Positions 8,854-18,110 are shown, counted from the first letter of the stretch. The stretch is 33,276 bases of DNA from Lentisphaerota bacterium (GCA_012519765.1 JAAYPP010000043.1:1-33276); one strand, 5' to 3'. Program-made: numbers and translations. The notes: generated from the sequence alone by a model not told the origin.

Positions 8854-10247
8854 TGCGATCCTTGTTTAGACGATAATCTTTTAAGTTGTTCATTTATTTT
8901 TCGTACTGCCGGAACCAGCGCCAATGCGGCCATTGCCGAGAGCATCGGCAATGCCGGCAAGTGATAACGCGGCACGGTTATCGGCCCGGGAAGAAACAGG
9001 TAATATTCGACAAAAGCGAGAAACAGAAAAAACATGAAAAATTGTTTCTCAGCCAGCCATTTGATCAGTTGCCATAATGCTCCGGCATAGCAGAGCGCCG
9101 GAATCAACAGCAATGGTATTATGAGGGCGATAACGCCGGTTCGCCCGTTGAAATAATGTTTTATCGCGGCAACGATACCTTGGGACTTGAGGACATTCAG
9201 AGTTCCCCGGTCACTGGAGGTTATGCCGAGCAGTTCACTGAATGTCGCCGCATCCGGGATCAGCACATGCGGTGAAAAATGCATGGAGAAATACGTCAAA
9301 GGATACTTGAAGATCAATCGGCGAAACAGAGCAATCCGATAATTTACCTGTGACGCGCCGTCCGGATATTTCGCTTTATCCTCAAATTCGGCATCAATCT
9401 CTTTTATCAAACGCTGTTTTTCGTCCTCATAATCGGTACCGTTTACTTTTGCCAGCAGCATTGCGCCGTTTTGATGGTACATTGCTCCGGTGTTGGTGTC
9501 GATGCAGAAACCTGCGCCATTACGGTAGTTGCGGAACATCCACGGGGTCAGGATCATGTAAAAGATAATCAATGAACCCATGGCCGTTATTAGTTTTCGT
9601 TTTATATTCAGTCCAGGCATTATCGCAATCAGAAACAGCGCCGGAAAAATCCAGACCGCCGCGATCGGACGAATCAACGCGGAAAGCGCCGCGGTCGCAA
9701 TCGCGGCAAAACACCAGACGATTTTTTTGTTACGACAGAATAATATGAAGAAGAAAAACTGCCATGCGGCAAAAAAAGTAAAGAAACTATCGGTCAAAAG
9801 CATCGGACTTAAGGCAATTGCGGTGATATTGAAGCCGAATAATGCTGCCGCCGCCGCACCGGTAGCGATTCCTCCCCAGAGCCGCCCGCTCAGATATACC
9901 GGAATCAAGGTCAGCGCAGCAATCAGCGACAAAATGGTGATCAGGGCGGCATACGATTCGCCGAAAAGTTTGAAGACGGTTGCAATCAACAATGAAAAAC
10001 CGGGCGGTCGCCCCGACATTTTTTCTCCGGAACCGGGCGCCGAGTCAAAATTCCCGTCTCTTGCCAGTGCCAGCGCCGGCAAAAGATAGCCCTGGGTGTC
10101 CGGTCGAGAAAAATGCTCCGGCATATCGGCAAACCCGGGAACTGCTACCACCATGCGTACGGTAAAAGCAGTCAGCGTCAGCAGTGCAACCCAGAAGATT
10201 TCACGGCGGCGTTCACGGATGAATGATGTTATTATACGGAAGTTCAT
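8850..10247 (-). CDS. polytopic membrane glycosyltransferase, GT-C fold (ArnT/PMT, GT39/GT83-like)
   Basis: 465 aa, with many predicted TM helices throughout. The first periplasmic loop carries an acidic/aromatic segment (FSRPDTQGYLLPALALARDGNF...GRPPGFSLL), as in ArnT/PMT_2-type transferases. First gene of the minus-strand cluster. Confidence 0.55.
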   Translation of the reverse strand: MNFRIITSFIRERRREIFWVALLTLTAFTVRMVVAVPGFADMPEHFSRPDTQGYLLPALALARDGNFDSAPGSGEKMSGRPPGFSLLIATVFKLFGESYAALITILSLIAALTLIPVYLSGRLWGGIATGAAAAALFGFNITAIALSPMLLTDSFFTFFAAWQFFFFILFCRNKKIVWCFAAIATAALSALIRPIAAVWIFPALFLIAIMPGLNIKRKLITAMGSLIIFYMILTPWMFRNYRNGAGFCIDTNTGAMYHQNGAMLLAKVNGTDYEDEKQRLIKEIDAEFEDKAKYPDGASQVNYRIALFRRLIFKYPLTYFSMHFSPHVLIPDAATFSELLGITSSDRGTLNVLKSQGIVAAIKHYFNGRTGVIALIIPLLLIPALCYAGALWQLIKWLAEKQFFMFFLFLAFVEYYLFLPGPITVPRYHLPALPMLSAMAALALVPAVRKINEQLKRLSSKQGSQ

Positions 10248-10458
10248 AGCTGGGAAATTATCATAAATTCGTACAGTTTCAACCTGACCGGTGAACTTCC
10301 TGATTCCGAATACAGAATGTCCTGTTTGTTTTCAGAACGACTTTGTTCATCAACCTTAAAAAATCAGCTCAAGACTTCGTTGGAGATGTTCTTTTTCTCT
10401 CAAAGATGTTATATTAACCTTTTTAATCAACCCAACTACAAACTATGGAGTTTCAGGC
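10248..10458. promoter_or_regulatory. divergent promoter region (GT-C cluster leftward, oxidoreductase rightward)
   Basis: 211-bp AT-rich gap between two divergently oriented start codons. Promoters are inferred from the arrangement only; I did not assign -35/-10 elements. Confidence 0.35.
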
Positions 10459-11862
10459 GTGGCAAGAAAAACTAAAGATATTGACGGTGAATTTGATGTA
10501 GTGATTGCTGGAAGCGGGCTCGGCGGTTTGACCGCGGCCAATATTCTGGCGCGCAACGGTTGGCGGGTTCTCCTGGCGGAACAGCATTTTCAGCTTGGCG
10601 GTTTGGCAACCTGTTTCCGTCGCAAGCAGCATATATTTGATGTCGCGCTTCACGGATTTCCCATCGGTATGCAGAAAACTTTGCGAAAATATTGGTCCCG
10701 CGAAATGGCTGAACATATAATTCAGGTCAAAAGCATCCGTTTTGACAATCCGCAATTTTCTCTTGAAACGACTTTCACTTCTGAAGATTTTACCAATATT
10801 CTGGTTGACAAATTCGGCATTGAGCGGAGCGTAGTTGACGCTTTCTACCACGAACTCAGCGAGATGAATTTCTACGATGCCGACAATCGGGTTAACCGTG
10901 AACTTTTCGATAAATATTTTCCAGGACGCAATGATGTGGTTCGCCTTCTGATGGAACCTATCACTTATGCCAACGGTTCAACTCTGGACGAACCGGCCAT
11001 CACTTACGGCATTGTCTTTTCCAATTTCATGAGCAAGGGCTGCTATACTTTTTCCGGCGGAACCGACCTGATGCTGGAAATGATGCAGCAGGAACTCGAA
11101 AAAAATGGCGCCACTATCTTGACCAATGCCAAAATAGAAAAAATCAAGGTCAATAACGGACGTGTCGCTTCAGCCGTCATCAATGGACGAGAAATTAAAT
11201 GCCGCACCGTGATTTCTAACGGTAATCTGCTCAATACCATCAATAATTATGTCGGCAGTGAACATTTTTCCGACGGTTTCAGAGAAAAGGTCGCCGGAGT
11301 CAGGCTCAATACCAGCAGTTCACAGGTATATATCGGATTTCGCCCCGACGTAAAAGTCGATTTTATCGGCGATCTGCTTTTTACCTCCAAACATCCCGTA
11401 TATGATCCGGAAGCGCTGTTGGCAGCTGATTCCACCAGCCGAACATATTCAGTTTACTACCCGGAAATTCGCCCCGGTTCCAACGACTTTACCGTTGTCG
11501 CGTCAATGAATGCCCGTTATCAGGATTGGGCAGGTATGGGCGCGGCGGAATATCAGCACGCCAAAGACAAACTGGTCGAAAATACCCTGAACGCGCTGGA
11601 AGAATATATTCCGGATCTCCGGACCAAAATCGATTATACCGAGGCGGCAACGCCGCTTACCTTTGAACGCTACACCCTGCACGGCAGCGGCGCGTCGTTC
11701 GGTACAAAATTTGAAGGACTTCAAGTCAGCATGAAGCTGTCTGATGAGGTCGGCGGTTTGTTTCATACCGGTTCTGTCGGCATCATTATGTCCGGATGGC
11801 TCGGCGCCGCCAATTACGGGGTAATTACCGCCAATAATGCCGACAAATATCTGTCATCATAA
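10459..11862 (+). CDS. NAD(P)/FAD-dependent oxidoreductase, phytoene desaturase (CrtI)-like family
   Basis: 467 aa. N-terminal dinucleotide-binding motif DVVIAGSGLGGLTAANILARNG...LAEQHFQLGG. GTG start at 10459 with GGAG 8 nt upstream. Confidence 0.75.
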   Translation: MARKTKDIDGEFDVVIAGSGLGGLTAANILARNGWRVLLAEQHFQLGGLATCFRRKQHIFDVALHGFPIGMQKTLRKYWSREMAEHIIQVKSIRFDNPQFSLETTFTSEDFTNILVDKFGIERSVVDAFYHELSEMNFYDADNRVNRELFDKYFPGRNDVVRLLMEPITYANGSTLDEPAITYGIVFSNFMSKGCYTFSGGTDLMLEMMQQELEKNGATILTNAKIEKIKVNNGRVASAVINGREIKCRTVISNGNLLNTINNYVGSEHFSDGFREKVAGVRLNTSSSQVYIGFRPDVKVDFIGDLLFTSKHPVYDPEALLAADSTSRTYSVYYPEIRPGSNDFTVVASMNARYQDWAGMGAAEYQHAKDKLVENTLNALEEYIPDLRTKIDYTEAATPLTFERYTLHGSGASFGTKFEGLQVSMKLSDEVGGLFHTGSVGIIMSGWLGAANYGVITANNADKYLSS

Positions 11863-11998
11863 ATGACGCCGCCAGAGCATGACAGGACGTGAACAGGCGA
11901 TCTTCATTCTTGTTGATCCAGAATGCTTTTACAGATTTCCGGGCTGGAATCGGGACAAATGGAATTTTTCGCGCTGAATGACTGATTTTGTGTGTCTG

Positions 11999-12031
11999 AA
12001 ATTCGCGCGCGCATAATGCGCGCGCGAATTT
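11999..12031. repeat. GC-core palindromic repeat, copy 2, inverted loop (AAATTCGCGCGCGCA-TAA-TGCGCGCGCGAATTT)
   Basis: Perfect 15-nt arms. Lies in the convergent gap between the oxidoreductase stop (11862) and the 826-aa gene stop (12061), so it could act as a bidirectional terminator. Confidence 0.9.
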
Positions 12032-12060
12032 AAAAGATCTCAAAGGCTGTTTTTTTCAGG

Positions 12061-14541
12061 TTATTGGTAGATGGTTTCACTGAGCAGATAATTGCAGATT
12101 TCCGGAATCATTTTCAGTGGCAATATTTCCTGATATCCCTGATTTTCTGGGTCATGGCAGTAATTTTCATCATCAATTTGATGTTGCCGTAAATGGAAAT
12201 TCAAATTGATTATTTTTACTCCGAAATCACGAGTTAGCCGGCGTAGCTCGGTAATCATTTCATTTTCGATATCACCAATATTTTTCTGGGGAATAGGAGT
12301 AGCCATATATATTATTTTTATCTCCGGATTTTCCCGTAGTGCTTGGAGGATAGCGGACAAGGTCCGGATCTGGCTGCGTACCGGAATGCGATTGCGCAGG
12401 TCGAATGCCGATGGTATTATCAGTGCCGCATCGGCATCGGAATTTTTAACGGACGGTAAGATATAGATCAACGACTTTCGCATGGCAAACAAAATATGTT
12501 CTTGCGGCAATTGCAACAATTCGGTCTGGATATTTTTTTTATCGAAAGCATCGGCAAGTGTCTTGCTGAAACTGCCGAAGTCATCGGCTATAACCAGCAT
12601 CTTATGAGGTAAGGCTATCTGGTTGCGGAGCAAAATCGGCAGTTCCCATTTGCGCAGTTCGGATAACGTCGGCCGATGCAGAACCGGAATCACTTGTGCG
12701 CCGGTTTCATCATAAAAATTGCCGTCATCGCCATAGCTCAAGGGCGGCAGTTCTGACAATGGAATAAAACGAAGATTTTTTTCAGCGAAAACCAGCCCGG
12801 GCATTTTTAGTTTGAGGTTTACGTCGAGCTGACTGCGGAGTTCCTTTCCGGTAATACGTACCGGAAATTTGTAGAGTCCGTCCTGAGCGAAACGTTCTTC
12901 AGCAGCGGTTTTTTTGGCCGGAACGGTTATGGATTTGGTTTCTGAAGGGAATACCGGGTTTTCACGGCTGCTTGAAGTTTCAATTTGAACCATGTTTTCA
13001 AATGGCATGGCGGAAACAGCCTCAACAAACATATCCTGACTTTCATCATCAAAAATGAAATCCGGAGTATGAAGTTGCATGCGCAATGAAGCGGCATGCA
13101 GTGGCGAACTGTCAATTTTGCGGTTGCCGAGCCAGAAAAGCTGAGTTGGCGGATATTTCCCGCCGCCAGCCCCAAGTTTTGCACCAGGTTCGCAAACCAT
13201 GGTTACGCTAGGTCCGGTAGCCACTGGTTTGCCGTTCAGGAACCAGGTAAATTCGGTATCCGGCGCGACGGCTTGGGCATTAATCAAATTCATTTTGACC
13301 AATTTTTCGATAAAAATATCCGCAGTACGGGTGCGGCGTACCAAGGGCAGGGTTTCCCCTTTTCGGTTCTGAAGAGCAAATGGTTGATTCGGCCATCCCG
13401 GGGCAAAATTATCGTCAGAGAGCAGCTCAAATTGTTTGGTTCCAGGTTTTCGCCAGCGCAGAATCATGCTGGCAGGGTGCTGGTCGCGATGAAAATGAAG
13501 TTTCAGCCGATGAAGTCCCGCTTCAAGCTCTGTTTTAGCAGGAGTTTCGCTCCGGTGTTCGCGATAAATGGTAATCAGTTCTTTGTCGTCAAGATAAAGA
13601 ATAGCGCCGGCTTCTGTTTCAAGCTGGAAATCATATTCTCCGGTTTCCGGTACAATCAGCGAGGTCTCGAAAACGATGCCGAAGTGGCGACGTGAGTCAA
13701 AAGAGTCCGTAAGAATCTGAAATGAATTAAGGTTCCCTTCAAAAAATGGTTTCGGCTTCGATTTGGGATTGAATTTGAAAAGCGCTTTAAAACTATTAAG
13801 CGGTTCCTTTTGTGAGCGTTCCGCCAATTTGTCAACATTATTATAAATTCGCAAATAGTTCAGATGGATCATTTGCCATGCCCAGTTCAGTCGGCTGGAA
13901 TGCGGACGGTATGGATTAGCATAAGATGAAATCATTTTTTGAGTTGTGAACCAGTTCTGACGCCGCGAACGGTCACGATAACGCCAGCACAGAAAATCTT
14001 CATTATCAAAAGGTTTTTTCCAATCTGCCGGCAGTCCGCTTCTGGATTTGCCCAGTAAAATATTGAGCAGCACATAATTGAACATCCAGCGGGATTGTGC
14101 CTTGAAGCGGCGATCCAGGATGTCCATTTGATTCTTCTCCCATTCCTTGGCGGTCAGGTGGTTGTGCCAGCGTGCAAATGCCATCGCGTAGAGACGGCGG
14201 TCTTCTGGAACAGCTCCTGATTCAGCATTCCACTGGTCAACCGGAGAGGTTTCCGGTAGCCCGAAATAGATAAAACGTTCGGCATGTTCTGGGGCAGGAG
14301 CGATCACTAATCCGAGTGTCTGATGCAGATAGAATGGAATTTTTACACCGTCAGCAGATCTGATGTCAATGCCTTTGGCAAGCAGAATCGGCAATGGATA
14401 AGCGCTGAAATCCAGGTATCCGATAAGTTCCGGACGAGTACTGTTTATGGCGAGTCGGAATTCTGCTTCAGTGACATGCCATGGTATGGAAAAGCCAGAA
14501 GTTGCGGCAGTCAGGATCATTATGAAAAATATTTTTTTCAC
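12061..14541 (-). CDS. secreted PA14-domain protein with possible SGNH/GDSL-like C-terminal region
   Basis: 826 aa. N-terminal signal peptide (MKKIFFIMILTAATSG). PA14-like block (ETGEYDFQLETEAGAILYLDD...GLHRLKLHFHRDQHPASMILRWRKPG). The C-terminal roughly 190 aa resemble an SGNH-type hydrolase fold, but weakly. GTGA overlap with the upstream gene at 14538-14541. Confidence 0.6.
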   Translation of the reverse strand: MKKIFFIMILTAATSGFSIPWHVTEAEFRLAINSTRPELIGYLDFSAYPLPILLAKGIDIRSADGVKIPFYLHQTLGLVIAPAPEHAERFIYFGLPETSPVDQWNAESGAVPEDRRLYAMAFARWHNHLTAKEWEKNQMDILDRRFKAQSRWMFNYVLLNILLGKSRSGLPADWKKPFDNEDFLCWRYRDRSRRQNWFTTQKMISSYANPYRPHSSRLNWAWQMIHLNYLRIYNNVDKLAERSQKEPLNSFKALFKFNPKSKPKPFFEGNLNSFQILTDSFDSRRHFGIVFETSLIVPETGEYDFQLETEAGAILYLDDKELITIYREHRSETPAKTELEAGLHRLKLHFHRDQHPASMILRWRKPGTKQFELLSDDNFAPGWPNQPFALQNRKGETLPLVRRTRTADIFIEKLVKMNLINAQAVAPDTEFTWFLNGKPVATGPSVTMVCEPGAKLGAGGGKYPPTQLFWLGNRKIDSSPLHAASLRMQLHTPDFIFDDESQDMFVEAVSAMPFENMVQIETSSSRENPVFPSETKSITVPAKKTAAEERFAQDGLYKFPVRITGKELRSQLDVNLKLKMPGLVFAEKNLRFIPLSELPPLSYGDDGNFYDETGAQVIPVLHRPTLSELRKWELPILLRNQIALPHKMLVIADDFGSFSKTLADAFDKKNIQTELLQLPQEHILFAMRKSLIYILPSVKNSDADAALIIPSAFDLRNRIPVRSQIRTLSAILQALRENPEIKIIYMATPIPQKNIGDIENEMITELRRLTRDFGVKIINLNFHLRQHQIDDENYCHDPENQGYQEILPLKMIPEICNYLLSETIYQ

Positions 14542-16976
14542 GGGGTCAGCAACTCCATTTTGAACGCGATATCAATCTTGAAAGGCGGCACCGGCAGCAG
14601 CATGAACTGACCTTTGGTTTCGACATTTACCTCGCTTTGGCTGATTGTCCGGTTAGTAATCGTGTCATAAAAAGTCAAAATATATTGCCCTTTTTCGATT
14701 TCCGGATCAAGCTGAACGACATAATTCTGGAAAAAATCGAGCGGTCGTTGGTCTTCTGGATACGCGTTCATGAATTCGCGACAGAAAATCCAGCCGGCCC
14801 AGAAGTTTTTGCGGCTCATCGATAATCCTTGAACAACATAATTTAACCCGATCGGAAAGCCGGTGCTGTTGTAACCGACATTGAGATGGGCTCGGTTGGA
14901 AGCTCCGTTCAAAAGCAGATTGCGGACTGATCTGCCCGCTGTCGAAAACGGTTTGTCAATCCAGTCGGAACGCAGTCCGACTTGCAACGGGCGATATTCA
15001 TAATCAGCGCGCAAGTCCATGCCGTCAATAAAATCGACGAATCCGCGATAGTGCGGATAATAGTTGTTGATATGGACAAAGTCGTGCCACCAGGTAAACG
15101 GTACTGCGGTCTGACGTAGAAAAAGCGCCAGCCATGCGGCGCAGTGCAAATCTGCCAATCGGTAAGTATGCTGATCATCGCCGGAACTTCTTCCGCCGTA
15201 TTCAGTGATAATGACCGGGCGGTCAAAATATGCCGTCTCCGCGGCATGACTGATCATCAGATCGACAAAATGAATCCGACGAGCATCACGGTACGCATCG
15301 CCGACCACATAATCAAGTTCATCAATTTCCATCAGTCGGTGCCAGCGGAGCAGCCGTTGATAATCGCCGCAATAGTGAGTGGTCAAAAGATGTTTTCCCT
15401 GATTCATCGCGCGGTATTCCCGGGCGGCCTCCCGATGCCAGTCAAGCATTGTCCCATTATCGTACATTTCGATAAATTTGGGAACCAGATCGATTTCGCT
15501 CCACAATTCAACACCCATGATAGCGGTTTCAGCTCCCCATCTTGCGGCAATATAGCGGTTGCGCTGCCGGTTTATTTTGCGGGCGCGCTGGTCGGAAAAC
15601 ATCTCTTCCGAATTTTCAAGAAATGCACCGTTGGCGACTTTGAAAGAATTGGCGATATTAAACGGATTATCAAACCATTCCAGCGTGGTATTTTTGGTAT
15701 GGTTGTCCAAGGTCAGGCTGACATAGATATTTTTTTTGCGGGCGTTACTTAACACATGGTCGAGCCGCGCCGCATTGCATAGGTTATAACGCCCCAACCC
15801 ATGATAATTGGCGCGGTTGCTGTTCCATTCAATCGCAAAATTCCATGCGGCCATCCAGATTTCGACAGTATTAATGCCGGCCTTGCTCATGGCTTCAAAA
15901 TACGCGTCGTAATCATAAGTTCCCTGATCAGGGAGATGCCCGAATTTAAAATCAAATTCGCTACGTAGATCAACATTGCTATGAATATTTATTCCGACCG
16001 GGAAAAAGTGTTCCCCTGATTCAAACTGCAACCAGCGTGTGTCTTCAGGATCACGCCTGACGAATCCTTGATATTTCGATTCTCCGGCAATGAGTTGCCG
16101 CCACGGAGTGAATACGGTTTCGGGTTTGTTTTTGGAGAAGTCCTGCATGACAATACGGAAACGGTATGCGCCGGGCTTTTCCGGGGTAAAACGAAATGCC
16201 CAGTAAGGCCGTCCCATCGGGATGTTGATTTCTTTGGTGAAATGCCGTTCGCGCATGTAGTCAACCGTAAAAAAAGCGGGAAAACGTTCGACGCGACCAT
16301 CGGGATGATATACTTCATAATCAACCATGATTTCATCAGGATCGAACGGGTTGCAGTATTCGCGTGAAAGCTCAAATGTGCTCTGCATCATGGTGTTGCA
16401 CTGAGTTTTTGCGGGCAGCTTCCAGTTTAATGTTGCCAAGGGCGGTACTTTGCGTTCGCCATCTGCTCTGACCGGACGGCAATGCAACTTATATTTTCCG
16501 CTGATCTCGAAGAAAGAGAATCCGGCACACTTGCGTGAGGCGGCAAAGTAAGAATTCCACGCAGCCTGATGTCCGACCGGTATCAAAGTCGTTTCCGCCG
16601 CCGTTACATTCAGTTCAAGCAATTGCCAATCATCAGACGGTTTGAGCAGGAATTCGCGACTGTCCTGAAACCACCAGCCGTCTTTATCTTTGACGAACAG
16701 ACAACCGCGCAGTGGCTTTTCCGATTCTGACTCCAGCCGGTATTCAAAAATCAATTTGGTTTTGGCAAATTCTTCGCGATTAAAACGTATATCGGTTCGA
16801 TTTTTTGAAGAATAAAGCAATGCCGTGCCTGATTCAGGCAGAGTTACCGTAATTTCGTTATGTGCATCTGTATTAATTTTTTCCGGCGCACTTCCCGCAA
16901 ATTCGGTAAACCAGGAATCCGCGCTGCACAAGAGCGGGAGTAACAACGACAGGAGCAGTGCGGGAATATATTTCAT
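14538..16976 (-). CDS. secreted glycoside-hydrolase-like protein (DUF5060-type N-terminal domain plus clan GH-A/GH5-like TIM barrel)
   Basis: 812 aa. Signal peptide MKYIPALLLSLLLPLLCSADS. Ig-like segment YWAFRFTPEKPGAYRFRI. TIM-barrel-like blocks GINTVEIWMAAWNFAIEW, NIYVSLTLDNH, VELWSEID, VIITEYGG (candidate acid/base and nucleophile Glu). Confidence 0.6.
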   Translation of the reverse strand: MKYIPALLLSLLLPLLCSADSWFTEFAGSAPEKINTDAHNEITVTLPESGTALLYSSKNRTDIRFNREEFAKTKLIFEYRLESESEKPLRGCLFVKDKDGWWFQDSREFLLKPSDDWQLLELNVTAAETTLIPVGHQAAWNSYFAASRKCAGFSFFEISGKYKLHCRPVRADGERKVPPLATLNWKLPAKTQCNTMMQSTFELSREYCNPFDPDEIMVDYEVYHPDGRVERFPAFFTVDYMRERHFTKEINIPMGRPYWAFRFTPEKPGAYRFRIVMQDFSKNKPETVFTPWRQLIAGESKYQGFVRRDPEDTRWLQFESGEHFFPVGINIHSNVDLRSEFDFKFGHLPDQGTYDYDAYFEAMSKAGINTVEIWMAAWNFAIEWNSNRANYHGLGRYNLCNAARLDHVLSNARKKNIYVSLTLDNHTKNTTLEWFDNPFNIANSFKVANGAFLENSEEMFSDQRARKINRQRNRYIAARWGAETAIMGVELWSEIDLVPKFIEMYDNGTMLDWHREAAREYRAMNQGKHLLTTHYCGDYQRLLRWHRLMEIDELDYVVGDAYRDARRIHFVDLMISHAAETAYFDRPVIITEYGGRSSGDDQHTYRLADLHCAAWLALFLRQTAVPFTWWHDFVHINNYYPHYRGFVDFIDGMDLRADYEYRPLQVGLRSDWIDKPFSTAGRSVRNLLLNGASNRAHLNVGYNSTGFPIGLNYVVQGLSMSRKNFWAGWIFCREFMNAYPEDQRPLDFFQNYVVQLDPEIEKGQYILTFYDTITNRTISQSEVNVETKGQFMLLPVPPFKIDIAFKMELLTP

Positions 16977-17039
16977 TTTATTCAGAAAATGGAGTATCCA
17001 TGGGTGCTGCCGATTTGCGCCTCGATGTTTGCTTCATTA

Positions 17040-17486
17040 TCAGTCTTGACGCAATTTCGGTGGTTTGTATTGCAGTTCAGGACTGGGCAACCAAGGGGAT
17101 TCCCAGACGAATTCCGCAAAGCGCGGCTCAAAAATGTTGCCCGGTTCAAAACCTAAAAATAAGAGGTCGGTTACTCCGGTGAATGCTCGCACTGCGGTCA
17201 TTCCCGCGCCTTCAACCGTACCGGCAACAAATCCCCAGAACGGAGCTTGTGAATTACGGTAAATCATACACCGGAAAACTTCCATCCAGCAAGTAGCGAC
17301 ATTGGTTAAACCGCGTCCCATGTTATAGAAATTGTTATTGGACGATTTTTCATCGCCGGACGCTTCAACTGCGGCAGGCGGCTCTTGGAGCGGGCATCCG
17401 GTTTTCTGCTCTTGGGCGCTCAGGTTTGAGATCCCGGCAAAGGTAGCCAGCAAAGCGATTGATAAAATTACAGATATTTTTTTCAT
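17040..17486 (-). CDS. small secreted protein, exosortase-system-associated TIGR04073-like family
   Basis: 148 aa. Signal peptide MKKISVILSIALLATFAGISNLSA. Core NMGRGLTNVATCWMEVFR...WGFVAGTVEGAGMTAVRAFTGVTDLLF resembles the TIGR04073 consensus as I recall it. Confidence 0.55.
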   Translation of the reverse strand: MKKISVILSIALLATFAGISNLSAQEQKTGCPLQEPPAAVEASGDEKSSNNNFYNMGRGLTNVATCWMEVFRCMIYRNSQAPFWGFVAGTVEGAGMTAVRAFTGVTDLLFLGFEPGNIFEPRFAEFVWESPWLPSPELQYKPPKLRQD

Positions 17487-17650
17487 TGCATCCTCATTAA
17501 GTTTGGTGAGTTAAGTTCAAACAATCTATCACTGTGACTATGAATTTCAAACTTCTGTCGACGAAAATCGGCAATTTGCAGTTTTGTGGTTAAGGGTTAT
17601 AGTTTTCAGATGAAATTTCAACATCAACACTTAACGGTGGAGTTTTTATT
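17487..17650. promoter_or_regulatory. divergent promoter region (TIGR04073 operon leftward, HIT gene rightward)
   Basis: 164-bp gap between divergent start codons. Inferred from the arrangement only. Confidence 0.35.
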
Positions 17651-18079
17651 ATGTCTGAAGAAACTAATTGCATTTTCTGCAAAATTATTCGCGGTGAAAT
17701 TCCGTCCGCCAAAATTTATGAAGATGATCTGATTTATGCCTTTCTGGATATTTCTCCTATAAATTTGGGACATGTTCTGGTGATTCCCCGCCAGCATTGG
17801 GTCGGCAGTTCTGAAATTGCTGAGGACGTGGCCGGACGCATGTTCCGCGTCGGCAGCCGTATCGGTGTGGCGCTGAAACGTTCGCTCGATTATGACGGGT
17901 TCAACTTGCATCTGGCTGATGGAGCCTGTGCCGGTCAGGTGGTCATGCATGCGCATTTGCATGTGGTGCCGCGCGGAGCGGATGACGGATTTCGCTGGAA
18001 CTGGCGGCAGATGCAGTATTCTTCCGATTCCGTAAGAACCGAAATCCTCAATAAAATTGTTGAAAAACTGAAGTTCTAA
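17651..18079 (+). CDS. HIT (histidine triad) family nucleotide hydrolase/transferase
   Basis: 142 aa. CIFCKII N-terminal motif and the histidine triad HAHLHVVPR. GGTGGAG RBS upstream. Confidence 0.9.
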   Translation: MSEETNCIFCKIIRGEIPSAKIYEDDLIYAFLDISPINLGHVLVIPRQHWVGSSEIAEDVAGRMFRVGSRIGVALKRSLDYDGFNLHLADGACAGQVVMHAHLHVVPRGADDGFRWNWRQMQYSSDSVRTEILNKIVEKLKF

Positions 18080-18110
18080 TTCCAGTACACTGTAAAACTG
18101 AAAATTTCAG

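Noticed and set aside
9580-10089. 169-aa plus-strand ORF inside the GT-C gene. The same applies to 13096-13695, 15144-15752, 19149-19685, 20876-21307, 27802-28230, 28279-28797 and 29615-30061.
   Set aside because: All are antisense shadows of long, motif-bearing genes. They have low-complexity or Arg/Ser-rich translations, no RBS and no family resemblance.
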